Below, piece after piece: positions 1 through 18,452 of a DNA stretch of 64,000 bases. A program made the position numbers and the translations under genes. Source of the DNA: Escherichia phage vB_EcoM_ESCO45; the sequence record OM386661.1; one strand, 5' to 3'. Position 1 is the first letter of the stretch. Each line of letters opens with the position of its first letter. The notes beneath the pieces are model-generated. The model was given only the letters and a program-made list of their open reading frames with translations. It did no database searches and was not told where the DNA came from.

Positions 1-10
1 AGTTGAGAAA

Positions 11-7958
<7,948 letters not shown>

Positions 7959-7960
7959 TA

Positions 7961-9109
7961 ATGGCAGTAGGTGAAATTCAAATTAGTGCCTTGCCTCAAG
8001 CAGCCTTACCGATTGACCTTAGTGATATCTTCCATCTTAAACAGGGTATCGAGGATAAGAGATGTACTCTTGAGCAATTACTTGCTCCACACTCAAGCCT
8101 AAGAAATAACCCTCATGGTGTTACTAAGACACAAATTGGTTTAGATAACGTTATTAATGCTCTCCAGTTAGTTGCTGAAAATAACTTATCAGACATTGTT
8201 AGTGTAGCTGAGGCAAGAGCAAATCTACAGATTATGTCTTCAGAAGAGGTTAATAATCTTATTCAACAGCATATTGATGATAAGAGTAACCCACACAACA
8301 CCACTAAGGCACAGGTTGGGTTAAGCAATGTTCAGAACTGGGTGACATCTAACCTTTATAATGAGGATGCAGATAAGTATGCTACAGCAAGAGCAGTAAA
8401 TAACTTGTACAAGGCTGTTCAGGCTTCTTATCCAGTAGGTACTATCCATCTCTCTATGAATCCTGCAAACCCTTCTACATATTTAATTTGTGGAGGTACT
8501 TGGGAGTTAGTTTCAAGAGGAAGAGCACTTGTAGGTTATGATAGTGCTTCTAGGCCAGTTGGTTCAACGTTTGGTTCGCAGACTACTGCACTGACAGTTA
8601 ACAACATTCCTGCACATACTCACTCAGTATACGTCACTGGTGGTGGTCACACACACGGTGCAACGGCATCTATCAGTGCTTTTGACTACGGTACTAAAGG
8701 GACTACAACGTTTGACTATGGAACAAAGACTGTATCTACTTATGACTATGGTAACAGAACAACCAGTGCTGCTGGTTTAACACAAACAACATTCATTAAT
8801 CGTGGTTATGCTGATGGTGGTTGGAGAGGTTTATCAGTTGAGGGGGCAAGCTATGACCCAAGAGCTACGCTGACAACAGCTAACAACCACACTCACTCTG
8901 TAGCAATTGGTGCGCATAATCACACAGTTGAGATTGGTGCTCACAGTCATTCTGTTGCAATTGGCTCCCACAACCACTCAGCAACAGTAACAGTAACCGG
9001 AGCAGGTGAGCATTCGCACTCTGGCACAACTGGCACAACTGGTTCTGGTCAAGCATTTAGCGTTGAACAGCCATCCTTCGTATTGTATGTATGGCAGAGA
9101 ACAGCTTAA
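7961..9109 (+). CDS. tail fibre protein with C-terminal His-x-His repeat tip
   Basis: 382 aa; C-terminal region contains repeated HTHS / AHNHT / AHSHS / SHNHS motifs and FDYGTK repeats, as in metal-binding receptor tips of T4 gp37-type fibres. Confidence 0.6.
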   Translation: MAVGEIQISALPQAALPIDLSDIFHLKQGIEDKRCTLEQLLAPHSSLRNNPHGVTKTQIGLDNVINALQLVAENNLSDIVSVAEARANLQIMSSEEVNNLIQQHIDDKSNPHNTTKAQVGLSNVQNWVTSNLYNEDADKYATARAVNNLYKAVQASYPVGTIHLSMNPANPSTYLICGGTWELVSRGRALVGYDSASRPVGSTFGSQTTALTVNNIPAHTHSVYVTGGGHTHGATASISAFDYGTKGTTTFDYGTKTVSTYDYGNRTTSAAGLTQTTFINRGYADGGWRGLSVEGASYDPRATLTTANNHTHSVAIGAHNHTVEIGAHSHSVAIGSHNHSATVTVTGAGEHSHSGTTGTTGSGQAFSVEQPSFVLYVWQRTA

Positions 9110-9117
9110 TTTCTTTA

Positions 9118-9140
9118 CAGGGGCTGTATAGCCCCTTTTA
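9118..9140 (+). terminator. rho-independent terminator between tail-fibre genes
   Basis: GGGGCT-gtat-AGCCCC followed by TTTTA. Confidence 0.5.
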
Positions 9141-9155
9141 AGAGGAAAATTTATA

Positions 9156-11510
9156 ATGGCAGATTACAAGTTGAGTGAATTAAACTCAATTGATACAATT
9201 CGTTCAGACGACCTTCTTCATGTCAGAGTTAAAAAGAGACCTGAAATGCTGGGTGATGAAGACCGTCGAATGACCTATCAAGACTTCTTAGCATCTTTTA
9301 AACTTGAAAGATTTGTTCAGATTGCTGGTAGCACTATGACGGGTGACTTAGGGATTGTTAAGTTACTTTATGGTGGTAAGGCAGTATTTGACCCAACAGG
9401 CTCTTCTGAGATTACTATTGGGGATGTTTTAAAGACTTTTAAAATTAACGCAAATGGTCTTAAACTAACTATTGCAGATGCTTCAAGGTCGGCAACTGTT
9501 TATCATACTTTGAATAAACCAAGTCCTAATGAACTTGGGATGAGAACTAATGAAGAAAATGATGCAAGATATGCAAGGCTTGCTGTAACAAACACATTCT
9601 CTGGGACTCAAAATATTCTCTCTGACAATGAAGCCCTTATTTTTAAGAATACCACACAAGGGATGCCACTCTATATTCGTGGTCAAGATGCAGATGGCAC
9701 TAACAGATGGTATCTAGGTAATGATAATAGAAACACAGACAACCTTGTTTTAAAAAACGTTAAATCTGGTGCATACGTAGCGATTTTAGCTAACCTAATC
9801 TCTGTGAATAAATCAATTCAAATCACTGGCCAAGTTCAACCTTCGGACTTCTCTAACTTAGATGCTAGATACTTCACTCAGACAGTAGCTAATCAGAGAT
9901 TTGCACAGTTAACTGCTGATAATACTTTTAGTGGCTCTAACACTTTCAACCAACTAAATGTTTTCAAAAAAGATGGTGAAGTAATTAGGCTACAGAATGC
10001 CAATGCTGCACAACCATTGTACATTAAAGCGATTGATAGCACAGGTGCCAACAGATGGTACATTGGTAATAATAATGGAGGTGATAACGTAGCTCTAGAA
10101 AACTACAAAACTAGTGGCAAAATTACTGTAGGGACAAGTGTTGATATCAATAAAACACTAACTGTAACTGGTCAAGTACAACCTTCCGATTGGGCTAACA
10201 TTGACTCTAGATACATTCCAGCAGCTACTTTGAGCAATCTTGCTAAGCTAAGCGATGTAAACACTTTCAGGTCTGCGCAAGTTATCAACCAGAATGGCTC
10301 ACTGTTACGGCTAAAGAACACCACACAAGATAATGAGCTATACATTGCTGGTCATAATGCTGATAATGCGAGAAGATGGTACATTGGTAGCGGGGAAAGA
10401 GACAACCCAACAAGGCTTATTATCCACAACGACAGAACTTTAACTACGATTTATATGCAAGATGATTTCTTGCTGAATAAAACTGTTAGAATTACTGGTC
10501 AAGTTCAACCATCTGATTGGTCTAACTTAGATGCTAGATACTTCACTCAGGCAGCAGCTAATCAGAGATTCATGGTTGCAGGTTCTACAGGAGAAGCTAC
10601 AGAGCAGAATGCAGATGGTGTGGCATGGAACGCTAAAACAGGCTTATATAATGTAACCTCAACAAATGCTGATTACACAGCACTTGTGTTTCAAATGTAT
10701 CAGGGGGTTAACTCTTCTACTGCCTGTGCGCAATTAAAGTTCCAGTATAAGAACGGTGGGATGTGGTACAGAACATCTGTAGATAGTAAAGGCTTTGAAG
10801 CTAAGTGGTCTAAGATTTACACAGAAGCACAGAAGCCAACACCTTCAGAGCTTGGTGCATACACTAAAGCAGAAACTGACCAGAAAATTGCACAGGCAGT
10901 AAGTGACTCTACAGACCTTAACAAAATCTATCCAGTAGGTATTGTAACGTGGTTTAACAGTAATGTTGACCCTAATACAGCACTGCCTGGTCTAACTTGG
11001 ACGTATCTGAACAACGGTGTTGGTAGAACTATCAGAATTGCAGCAGCAAACGGTTCAGATGTTGCTACAACAGGTGGTTCAGATTCTGTTACGTTAGCAG
11101 TTGGAAACTTACCTTCACACACTCATAGTTTCTCTGCGACTACCTCATCGTTTGACTACGGAACAAAAAACACTAACACGACTGGTGCTCACACCCACAC
11201 TGTAAGTGGTTCTGCTGCATCTGCTGGTAACCACAACCACGCTATCTCATGGATTGGTCAGAACTCTACACACTATTCTGGTGGTGGTGGTGGTAAAATC
11301 GGTACAGGACCGGGTTACACTGATTCTGCTGGTGCTCACACCCACACAATCTCTGGTACTGCTGCATCAAATGGTAACCATGCTCACAGTGTTGGTATTG
11401 GTGCTCACACCCATACAGTAAGCGGTAACACTGGCGGTACAGGTTCTGGTTCAGCATTTAGTGTTACTAACCAGTTCTATAAGTTAATGGCTTGGGTAAG
11501 AACTGCTTAA
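9156..11510 (+). CDS. long tail fibre protein with three internal ~115-aa repeats and His-x-His tip
   Basis: 784 aa; three copies of ITGQVQPSD(W/F)(S/A)N(L/I)D(A/S)RY...; C-terminal HTHS/AHTHT/NHNHA/NHAHS repeats homologous to tip of 7961-9109 product. Confidence 0.6.
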   Translation: MADYKLSELNSIDTIRSDDLLHVRVKKRPEMLGDEDRRMTYQDFLASFKLERFVQIAGSTMTGDLGIVKLLYGGKAVFDPTGSSEITIGDVLKTFKINANGLKLTIADASRSATVYHTLNKPSPNELGMRTNEENDARYARLAVTNTFSGTQNILSDNEALIFKNTTQGMPLYIRGQDADGTNRWYLGNDNRNTDNLVLKNVKSGAYVAILANLISVNKSIQITGQVQPSDFSNLDARYFTQTVANQRFAQLTADNTFSGSNTFNQLNVFKKDGEVIRLQNANAAQPLYIKAIDSTGANRWYIGNNNGGDNVALENYKTSGKITVGTSVDINKTLTVTGQVQPSDWANIDSRYIPAATLSNLAKLSDVNTFRSAQVINQNGSLLRLKNTTQDNELYIAGHNADNARRWYIGSGERDNPTRLIIHNDRTLTTIYMQDDFLLNKTVRITGQVQPSDWSNLDARYFTQAAANQRFMVAGSTGEATEQNADGVAWNAKTGLYNVTSTNADYTALVFQMYQGVNSSTACAQLKFQYKNGGMWYRTSVDSKGFEAKWSKIYTEAQKPTPSELGAYTKAETDQKIAQAVSDSTDLNKIYPVGIVTWFNSNVDPNTALPGLTWTYLNNGVGRTIRIAAANGSDVATTGGSDSVTLAVGNLPSHTHSFSATTSSFDYGTKNTNTTGAHTHTVSGSAASAGNHNHAISWIGQNSTHYSGGGGGKIGTGPGYTDSAGAHTHTISGTAASNGNHAHSVGIGAHTHTVSGNTGGTGSGSAFSVTNQFYKLMAWVRTA

Positions 11511-11515
11511 TCCCT

Positions 11516-11544
11516 TGTTGACTGATTGTTAAGATGGTGTTAAT
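11516..11544 (+). promoter_or_regulatory. sigma70-like promoter
   Basis: TTGACT-N17-TAATAT upstream of 11590 gene. Confidence 0.5.
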
Positions 11545-11589
11545 ATTCTTTATGGGTATTCTCACCATCTTGGCTGATGAGGTGATTAA

Positions 11590-11784
11590 ATGCCTACAAT
11601 CCTAGCAATTCTCCTAAAAAATCTAGGTAGCTTCTTCTGGAAGCTCATTTTATCCCTTCTAAGTGAATACATGATTGAGAAAGTGTTCTTTAAGCTTGCA
11701 AGATATCTTGCGAGTAAAACAGACACACCTATTGATGATGAGTTCGTAGACAACTTAGAAAAAGCTTTTAAGGGGGAGGAATAA
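11590..11784 (+). CDS. small hydrophobic protein (possible holin-like)
   Basis: 64 aa, hydrophobic N-terminal half, acidic C-terminus; preceded by sigma70-like promoter at 11516-11544 and RBS GAGGTGA. Confidence 0.35.
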   Translation: MPTILAILLKNLGSFFWKLILSLLSEYMIEKVFFKLARYLASKTDTPIDDEFVDNLEKAFKGEE

Positions 11785-12150
11785 ATGAAGTGGCTAGAGG
11801 AAGCTTTTAAAAACAATATTGGTGCAATTGTAGTTGGTATTTTTAGTGTTATCGGAATGTATACCACCATGCAAGTGTCAAGTGGTAAACAAGAGGTGTC
11901 TGTCAAAACAAAGTTACAACAGTTGGATAATTACACAAGTAGTAACTATTCAGCTATTCGTGATTTACAGTCTGACATGAGACTGCTTCAGTTAGGGATG
12001 GAGAACCAGAAAGTTCAGTTAGAGAATGTTAAGGGTGAAAACGCAAAACTTACCAAAACTCTTGATAAATTCTCTGACAGTGTGAATAATCTGGCTCAAT
12101 CAGTATCAGCCCTCCAAGCTATTACTGAGAAGAATACAGAAGAACACTGA
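11785..12150 (+). CDS. membrane-anchored coiled-coil protein (possible lysis/holin-related)
   Basis: 121 aa, one predicted TM segment (IGAIVVGIFSVIGMYTTMQV) then heptad-like region; strong terminator directly downstream. Confidence 0.3.
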   Translation: MKWLEEAFKNNIGAIVVGIFSVIGMYTTMQVSSGKQEVSVKTKLQQLDNYTSSNYSAIRDLQSDMRLLQLGMENQKVQLENVKGENAKLTKTLDKFSDSVNNLAQSVSALQAITEKNTEEH

Positions 12151-12162
12151 AAATAAAATTTT

Positions 12163-12192
12163 AAGGCTCCTTTTTACGGGAGCCTTTTTTGT
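12163..12192. terminator. bidirectional rho-independent terminator between convergent genes
   Basis: GGCTCC-loop-GGAGCC hairpin followed by TTTTTT on + strand and an A/T-rich run on - strand. Confidence 0.65.
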
Positions 12193-12193
12193 T

Positions 12194-13093
12194 TTACTTA
12201 CCTACTGACAAAGGTGCTTCAATCTTTCCTGCATGTTGGTAGTTGTTAATGCCACCAATAAAATCACTTGCAGTAAGGTGTTTTAGGTCACTTAGTGTGT
12301 TAAGCTGTACACCAATCTCAAAAGTAGGTGCATGAAACTCTTCATTGTTCATCAGTTCATAAACCTGTTTCATATGGTTCTGATAAATCTGAGTATCTCC
12401 GAAGACGCCTATCAAATATCGTGGAGTGTATCCAGTCATCTTACAAAGAACTTCCAGAATAAAACCATAAGATGCAATGTTAAATGGAAGTCCTAAAAAG
12501 GTGTCTACAGAACGTTGATACCATTGTAAGTCAACTTCACCTTCGTTAGTGATATAAATCTGAAACAGAACATGACAAGGTGCTAAAGCCATCGAGTTGG
12601 CTGCAATATCTGCTGCATTCCAAGCATTAACAAGCATGTAACGGTCTGTGATATCACCTTTCATCTTCGTTACTAAGGTCTCTAGTTGGTCTACAACACA
12701 ACCATTATGACCTTCGAAGTTTCTCCACTGAACCCCGTAGATTCTACCACCTGCATCTTCTAGCCAGTCTTGTTCAGAAGAATAGTTAGAGCTTAACCAG
12801 CGTTTAAAATCATCTGACCAGATAGTCCAGCGTTCCCCATCATTTTCACCCCAAGTACGATAACGGAGTTCACCAAGCTTATTCTCACCGTTCAGGAACC
12901 ATAAAGCTTCTCCAATAACTTGCCGTGTAAACACCTGTTTAGATGTTAAGAGTGGGAAACCAGTACGCATATCAAAACGAAATTGTGGTGGAGCAAATGC
13001 AGAGATAACGTCTCCAGTTCGTGTAGTACGCAGTTCGCCAACGGATAAAACATGGTTCAGGATATTTTTGTAACTCAAATCAGCTTGTGACAT
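12194..13093 (-). CDS. td: thymidylate synthase (ThyA family)
   Basis: 299 aa; YGVQWR, DQL, ALAPCH (catalytic Cys), WYQRSVDTFLGLPFNIASY, GDTQIYQNH motifs in ThyA order; Asn in FNIASY indicates dUMP substrate. Confidence 0.8.
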   Translation of the reverse strand: MSQADLSYKNILNHVLSVGELRTTRTGDVISAFAPPQFRFDMRTGFPLLTSKQVFTRQVIGEALWFLNGENKLGELRYRTWGENDGERWTIWSDDFKRWLSSNYSSEQDWLEDAGGRIYGVQWRNFEGHNGCVVDQLETLVTKMKGDITDRYMLVNAWNAADIAANSMALAPCHVLFQIYITNEGEVDLQWYQRSVDTFLGLPFNIASYGFILEVLCKMTGYTPRYLIGVFGDTQIYQNHMKQVYELMNNEEFHAPTFEIGVQLNTLSDLKHLTASDFIGGINNYQHAGKIEAPLSVGK

Positions 13094-13094
13094 A

Positions 13095-13640
13095 TCAAAA
13101 GTGTCCTTTTACTTGTGGAACATAAATCTCAAAGGTTGCTTTACCATCATCTGAGGGTCTTGACTGCACCTTTGCAAATACACGGCTATCATACAGTTTA
13201 TCGAAGAAGTTTTCAAAAGGTAAATGCACAGTGGCCTCTTCAGTAACTTTATGGAAAACTGTATGGAAAACTACATCAGCATACGGCAAAGCATCGACAA
13301 GAACACCTGCACCACCAATTACAAAGACGTCTTCATCAATAGAGCTATCAAGATACTTCAAAAATGCTCCAAAGGACTCTTTACTAGCCTTAGCATACAT
13401 TACATCGTCTTTGTCAAAGTCTATCCCAAAATATGGCACAGAGTTTGTTAAGATAAGATTTTCACGTTCTGGTAAAGGCTTACTACCTAGAGTCTTAAAA
13501 GTCTCATTACCCATAACTACCAAGTTGTCTTTAGTGAGTCTCTTAAACTCTTGCATATCTTGCTTATGTCGAGGCCACGGCATACCAGTTGGAGTACCAA
13601 ACTCCCCATTTTCACCACTTGCAAAGATTAATTTAATCAT
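13095..13640 (-). CDS. frd: dihydrofolate reductase
   Basis: 181 aa; N-terminal IKLIFA...GMPW and VVMGNETFKTLG pattern typical of DHFR; adjacent to td as in many phages. Confidence 0.7.
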   Translation of the reverse strand: MIKLIFASGENGEFGTPTGMPWPRHKQDMQEFKRLTKDNLVVMGNETFKTLGSKPLPERENLILTNSVPYFGIDFDKDDVMYAKASKESFGAFLKYLDSSIDEDVFVIGGAGVLVDALPYADVVFHTVFHKVTEEATVHLPFENFFDKLYDSRVFAKVQSRPSDDGKATFEIYVPQVKGHF

Positions 13641-13897
13641 TTTGTAAACCCTTTCTTAATAAACCAGTTGATAACATTCTTCACAGCTTTATTGCTATGG
13701 TAGATTAAGTGTGGTGTAGGTTGGTATAAACCATAAGCCCAGAAAGCAATGATTTCATTACATCCTGTACACCTTGTACTCTCTTCAGCAATATGACCGT
13801 TGACTATTTCACTTACCTCACCTTGTAAGTCTGTACACCCACAATGCGGACATCGGATAGGTGTTCCGTCAGACTCATAGCAGTGTTCAATTTTCAT
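13637..13897 (-). CDS. small zinc-ribbon protein
   Basis: 86 aa with CPHCGC ... CTGCNE (paired CxxC). Confidence 0.4.
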   Translation of the reverse strand: MKIEHCYESDGTPIRCPHCGCTDLQGEVSEIVNGHIAEESTRCTGCNEIIAFWAYGLYQPTPHLIYHSNKAVKNVINWFIKKGFTK

Positions 13898-14137
13898 CTA
13901 TTTAACCTCAAAAACTGGCTCAAGAACCAATATAAAGTCTACACAGTCATCTTCTTCATCCAGAATACCATCAAAGTTCTTAGGAACGAAGTCGAAGAGG
14001 CTCATAACAAAACCAGCTTCGTCGCCACATGTAACTATTTTAAAAGATGCTTCATTCTCATACTGTGAAGCCATAAGCTTTTTAAGCATCTCTTTAAGGA
14101 AATCTGCATGAGCATCTTGTAAGTAGACATCAATCAT
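13898..14137 (-). CDS. hypothetical acidic protein
   Basis: 79 aa ORF in co-directional array. Confidence 0.35.
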   Translation of the reverse strand: MIDVYLQDAHADFLKEMLKKLMASQYENEASFKIVTCGDEAGFVMSLFDFVPKNFDGILDEEDDCVDFILVLEPVFEVK

Positions 14138-14150
14138 AGTTAATCACCTA

Positions 14151-14510
14151 TTATGGGAACAGGCACTTAATGTCATCGTTTTTGAAAACAAAACTTGTGT
14201 AGTTATGACCGTCAACATCCAGCCAAACAGCCTGAACATCTACACCATCAAGATTCTGGTAAAGCTCTTTGATGAAGTGGTCTTTCACAATCTGACTGCT
14301 AGTGGTTTCCAGCTTAATGTTCGAGATTGCTGAACCTACAGCCATATAACCCATGACACGTTTCTTCTCAGTATGCTTAATCTTACCATCTTTGTAAGCC
14401 ATAATAAGATTGGAGAGAATCTTTACACCATAATACTTTTCAAGGTGAGTAGGCACACCATAAAAGCCTAATGCGAAGTTTTCAGAGTGGATAATGTTTT
14501 CACGTTTCAT
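14151..14510 (-). CDS. hypothetical protein
   Basis: 119 aa ORF. Confidence 0.4.
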   Translation of the reverse strand: MKRENIIHSENFALGFYGVPTHLEKYYGVKILSNLIMAYKDGKIKHTEKKRVMGYMAVGSAISNIKLETTSSQIVKDHFIKELYQNLDGVDVQAVWLDVDGHNYTSFVFKNDDIKCLFP

Positions 14511-14511
14511 A

Positions 14512-14841
14512 TTAGTCTGCCAACCTTAAATTGAAATTAACACCAAATTTTTCACACACTCCCAACATATACTCAAGGGAAACATTCCCAGTGAGGTGGA
14601 TTATGTTGGATACACGAGCCTGAGAGATACCACAAATTTTAGCAACTTGCTCTTGAGAAAGACCTCTGGATTTAATCTCTCTCTTAAAACGATGTGCAAC
14701 GAAATCTCTCATTTCGTCTACATCCATTGGACAAATATAACTCTCCATTTCAGCCTCTCTATCAGCCTCCCAATCATCTTGTGGGGCATAAGGGTCAAAA
14801 ACCTCATTCATCTTTCTTCTTCCGTTTGCGTGAAGTGTCAA
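14512..14841 (-). CDS. HTH (XRE-like) transcriptional regulator
   Basis: 109 aa; C-terminal LSQEQVAKICGISQARVSNI helix-turn-helix signature. Confidence 0.55.
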   Translation of the reverse strand: MTLHANGRRKMNEVFDPYAPQDDWEADREAEMESYICPMDVDEMRDFVAHRFKREIKSRGLSQEQVAKICGISQARVSNIIHLTGNVSLEYMLGVCEKFGVNFNLRLAD

Positions 14842-15016
14842 TTAATGAATCTATGTTTGTAGCCCTAACCTTTTCACGTTCATCGTTAAGATAATCATCA
14901 AGAGCCTTTTCAATCTGTGAATCATCTTGACAGATAACTGTAAAGACTGTAAAGCCGTCTGTATCATCAATTATCTTACCATAACCGCTTCTGGGATGTA
15001 ACTTTTTAAGAGCCAT
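14804..15016 (-). CDS. hypothetical protein
   Basis: 70 aa ORF between secreted-protein gene and HTH gene, overlaps HTH start. Confidence 0.3.
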   Translation of the reverse strand: MALKKLHPRSGYGKIIDDTDGFTVFTVICQDDSQIEKALDDYLNDEREKVRATNIDSLIDTSRKRKKKDE

Positions 15017-15017
15017 A

Positions 15018-15401
15018 TCAAATACCTGTGCAGCTTCTGTTTTCTAAGAAATACTCAACACCATACATAGCTTTTTGCATCAAATCTTCTTTAAACTGGA
15101 TACGGTGGTTGAGCATAGCCTGTACATCAATATCATCATGGTGTTTCTCTTTAATGTTTGCAGATTGCAGGAAATACTCTGCAAGAACACGATACTGGTA
15201 GTCAGTTACCTTATCAGTCATCTCTGTCAAAGACTCTTCAGAGATTGGTTTAAGCAGCTCACCTTTATATAGAGCAACACCTTTTACAATCTGGCAAGTG
15301 TCTTCTGGAACACCTGATAAGTCCACATTGGGAAGTTCTGTTGCATTGACTGGTAAATTCATTGCCATAACCGTTGCAGCAGCTAATAAAATCTTTTTCA
15401 T
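15018..15401 (-). CDS. secreted (periplasmic) protein, unknown function
   Basis: 127 aa; N-terminal Sec signal peptide MKKILLAAATVMAMNLPVNA followed by soluble domain. Confidence 0.5.
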   Translation of the reverse strand: MKKILLAAATVMAMNLPVNATELPNVDLSGVPEDTCQIVKGVALYKGELLKPISEESLTEMTDKVTDYQYRVLAEYFLQSANIKEKHHDDIDVQAMLNHRIQFKEDLMQKAMYGVEYFLENRSCTGI

Positions 15402-15901
15402 AATGACCTCAAAGTTATATTAAATTTTGTATTACGTTGAGTATAAAAATAAGCTATAACACCTGACTTGTCAACAGATTTTATAGCTTATTTGGCAGAT
15501 TTTTTATAAGGCTACTGCCATCCTTCCATACCAAACCTCACCTGACCTCGCCTAACCCTACCTTACCCCACCATACAGCACCTTATTAAAACACCCTGTT
15601 TAAAGACCTTTTAAAAAGGTAAGTCTCATTTTAATGTAGCTGAGACTAACTACCCATACCTCACCCTACCAGACCCTACCAGACCAGACCTTACCCTACC
15701 AGACCCTACCGAACATCACTTAAAAACCCTCTTAGAAGACTCTTAAGTGATGTAATCGAATTTTAATGTAGCTCCGATTAACTACCCATACCTCACCTCA
15801 CCCAACCATACCATGCCTTGCCAGACCGCACCTTACCTCATTAAAAGACCCTCTTAAAAGACCTTTTAAAAAGGAGCCTCCGAAGAGGCTACCTAGTCAA
15901 C
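15402..15901 (-). repeat. structured intergenic region 1: G-depleted C/A-rich tracts alternating with conserved hairpin modules
   Basis: ACCCTACCAGACCCTACC at 15663-15680 and 15693-15710; hairpin AGTCTCA-N12-TGAGACT at 15622-15647; variant hairpin with compensatory changes at 15754-15779; 10-bp inverted repeat CATCACTTAA/TTAAGTGATG at 15714-15752. Confidence 0.7.
15862..15892 (-). terminator. rho-independent terminator (minus strand) after gene 15902-16342
   Basis: AGCCTC-cgaa-GAGGCT hairpin with T5 run on minus strand. Confidence 0.55.
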
Positions 15902-16342
15902 TTAGAAAGGTTTTCTACGTTGCTTGTTAATGTTAGCTTTCATAGCAGCTAAATGGTTTTGCTGTTCAATCAGTCGTGAACGTTCTTGATGACTAAGCGC
16001 CATAGTGTTCACATTCTCAATTGCTTGAGTGGCTTGCTTTAAAGCTCGACCAATCTTACCAGACATTTTGCGTTTTGCAATAGTTGCTTGATGCTTAGGT
16101 TCAACCACACGATAACCAACACCCATTGAAGCAACCAGATAAATCTTCTCTTCTTTAAGAAGCTTTTCAATAAACTTCTCAAGTCGGTTTAGACGTGTAA
16201 GTGCATAAGCCTTCATTTCATCTTCGTACTTAACAATGTCACCTTGATAAGTTGGCTTCACAATACCTAAGAAGGTGTCCATCTCGGAATGTGATACAGT
16301 GTCGCCGTAACTAAACTTTGCTGCTAATGCTTTTGTATTCAT
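15902..16342 (-). CDS. hypothetical protein (cassette gene 2)
   Basis: 146 aa ORF; followed by hairpin-T5 terminator at 15862-15892. Confidence 0.45.
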   Translation of the reverse strand: MNTKALAAKFSYGDTVSHSEMDTFLGIVKPTYQGDIVKYEDEMKAYALTRLNRLEKFIEKLLKEEKIYLVASMGVGYRVVEPKHQATIAKRKMSGKIGRALKQATQAIENVNTMALSHQERSRLIEQQNHLAAMKANINKQRRKPF

Positions 16343-16344
16343 AA

Positions 16345-17351
<1,007 letters not shown>

Positions 17352-18452
17352 TTATTCATAATCTCGTATAACGAGACCAACAGGGAACTGTAAAGAACCC
17401 TTACGAGTCATCTTCTGGAACTGAACCGTTAAAGGCTTCCCGATAAACTCTTCAGGATGCTCAGCAAGATACTGTTTCTTCTCATGAGTAGTCTTCCATG
17501 AGACATCTACAAAGACGTTAGGAAGAGTCTCTACAACGAACTTACCGTGGCCACGTTTATCGGTCTTGACACCAGTCACTTTAAACTCTTCAGTGTGCAT
17601 CTTCTTATGCTTAATCAAGAAGTATGAACGGTGACCACACTCATAGAAGGAGTCTTCAGAGATTGAACGGTACATTGCACCTTCAAACTTAGCTTCAACC
17701 CACTTATCATGGGCTTCATCAAGCTCTTCCCAAGAATTTACACGGATAGTCTGTACAGGAACAACTCTACAGGTATCTCCAAGTTCAACAATGGGTGAGT
17801 TATCAATAACTTCACGACGCTCAGGCCAAGATTTTGAATTGTCACAGATATCATACCAGTAGAATTTAAGAAGGTGACGGTCTGGATTATCAGCATTCTT
17901 AATCATAGACACAATATCTTCTAAGTCCCAACCATGAGCATAAATCTCTCCATCAAAGTCTTCAACTTGTGGATGTAATTTAAGCAACAAAAGCAAATCT
18001 GGGATTAGTTCTGCTGGAACGTTGTAAACAGTATTCTCACGAGAATAAGCTGTGAAACTGACTGAATCAGCATCTCTTGAAATTCTACAACGTACACCAT
18101 CCAGTTTTGGTTGAGCATCAGCAGGGAACTTCAGATACTTTGCATGGCTAACCTTTGCAGCATCATGAGCAAGCTGTACACCTACCTTCTCAGTATTCTG
18201 TGCAGACTCTTTTGTGTAAGCATAACCTTTACGGTCAACTTGCTTTTTATACTTAGCAGCAACTTCAAAGAGAGCTTGCTGTTCAGCATTACGCTCATTC
18301 TTTTTACCGATATTTTTAGGTTCTGCTGTATACTCTTCAAACATCATCTTGCCATTTTCTTTACCGTAGGTTGTAATAACTTTGTCACCTACAGCAGCAC
18401 ATGACCAGACGTTGAAAGAACCATCTTTATTTTGTTTGTATAGTGTTGTCAT
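17352..18452 (-). CDS. ATP-dependent DNA ligase
   Basis: 366 aa; adenylation motif I PKLDGVRCRI (KxDG) and downstream nucleotidyltransferase-like motifs. Confidence 0.8.
   Translation of the reverse strand: MTTLYKQNKDGSFNVWSCAAVGDKVITTYGKENGKMMFEEYTAEPKNIGKKNERNAEQQALFEVAAKYKKQVDRKGYAYTKESAQNTEKVGVQLAHDAAKVSHAKYLKFPADAQPKLDGVRCRISRDADSVSFTAYSRENTVYNVPAELIPDLLLLLKLHPQVEDFDGEIYAHGWDLEDIVSMIKNADNPDRHLLKFYWYDICDNSKSWPERREVIDNSPIVELGDTCRVVPVQTIRVNSWEELDEAHDKWVEAKFEGAMYRSISEDSFYECGHRSYFLIKHKKMHTEEFKVTGVKTDKRGHGKFVVETLPNVFVDVSWKTTHEKKQYLAEHPEEFIGKPLTVQFQKMTRKGSLQFPVGLVIRDYE

Noticed and set aside
11586-11906. Minus-strand ORF 11586-11906 (106 aa)
   Set aside because: The overlapping plus-strand ORFs (11590-11784, 11785-12150) have a promoter, RBSs and a downstream terminator and are co-directional with the tail-fibre genes.
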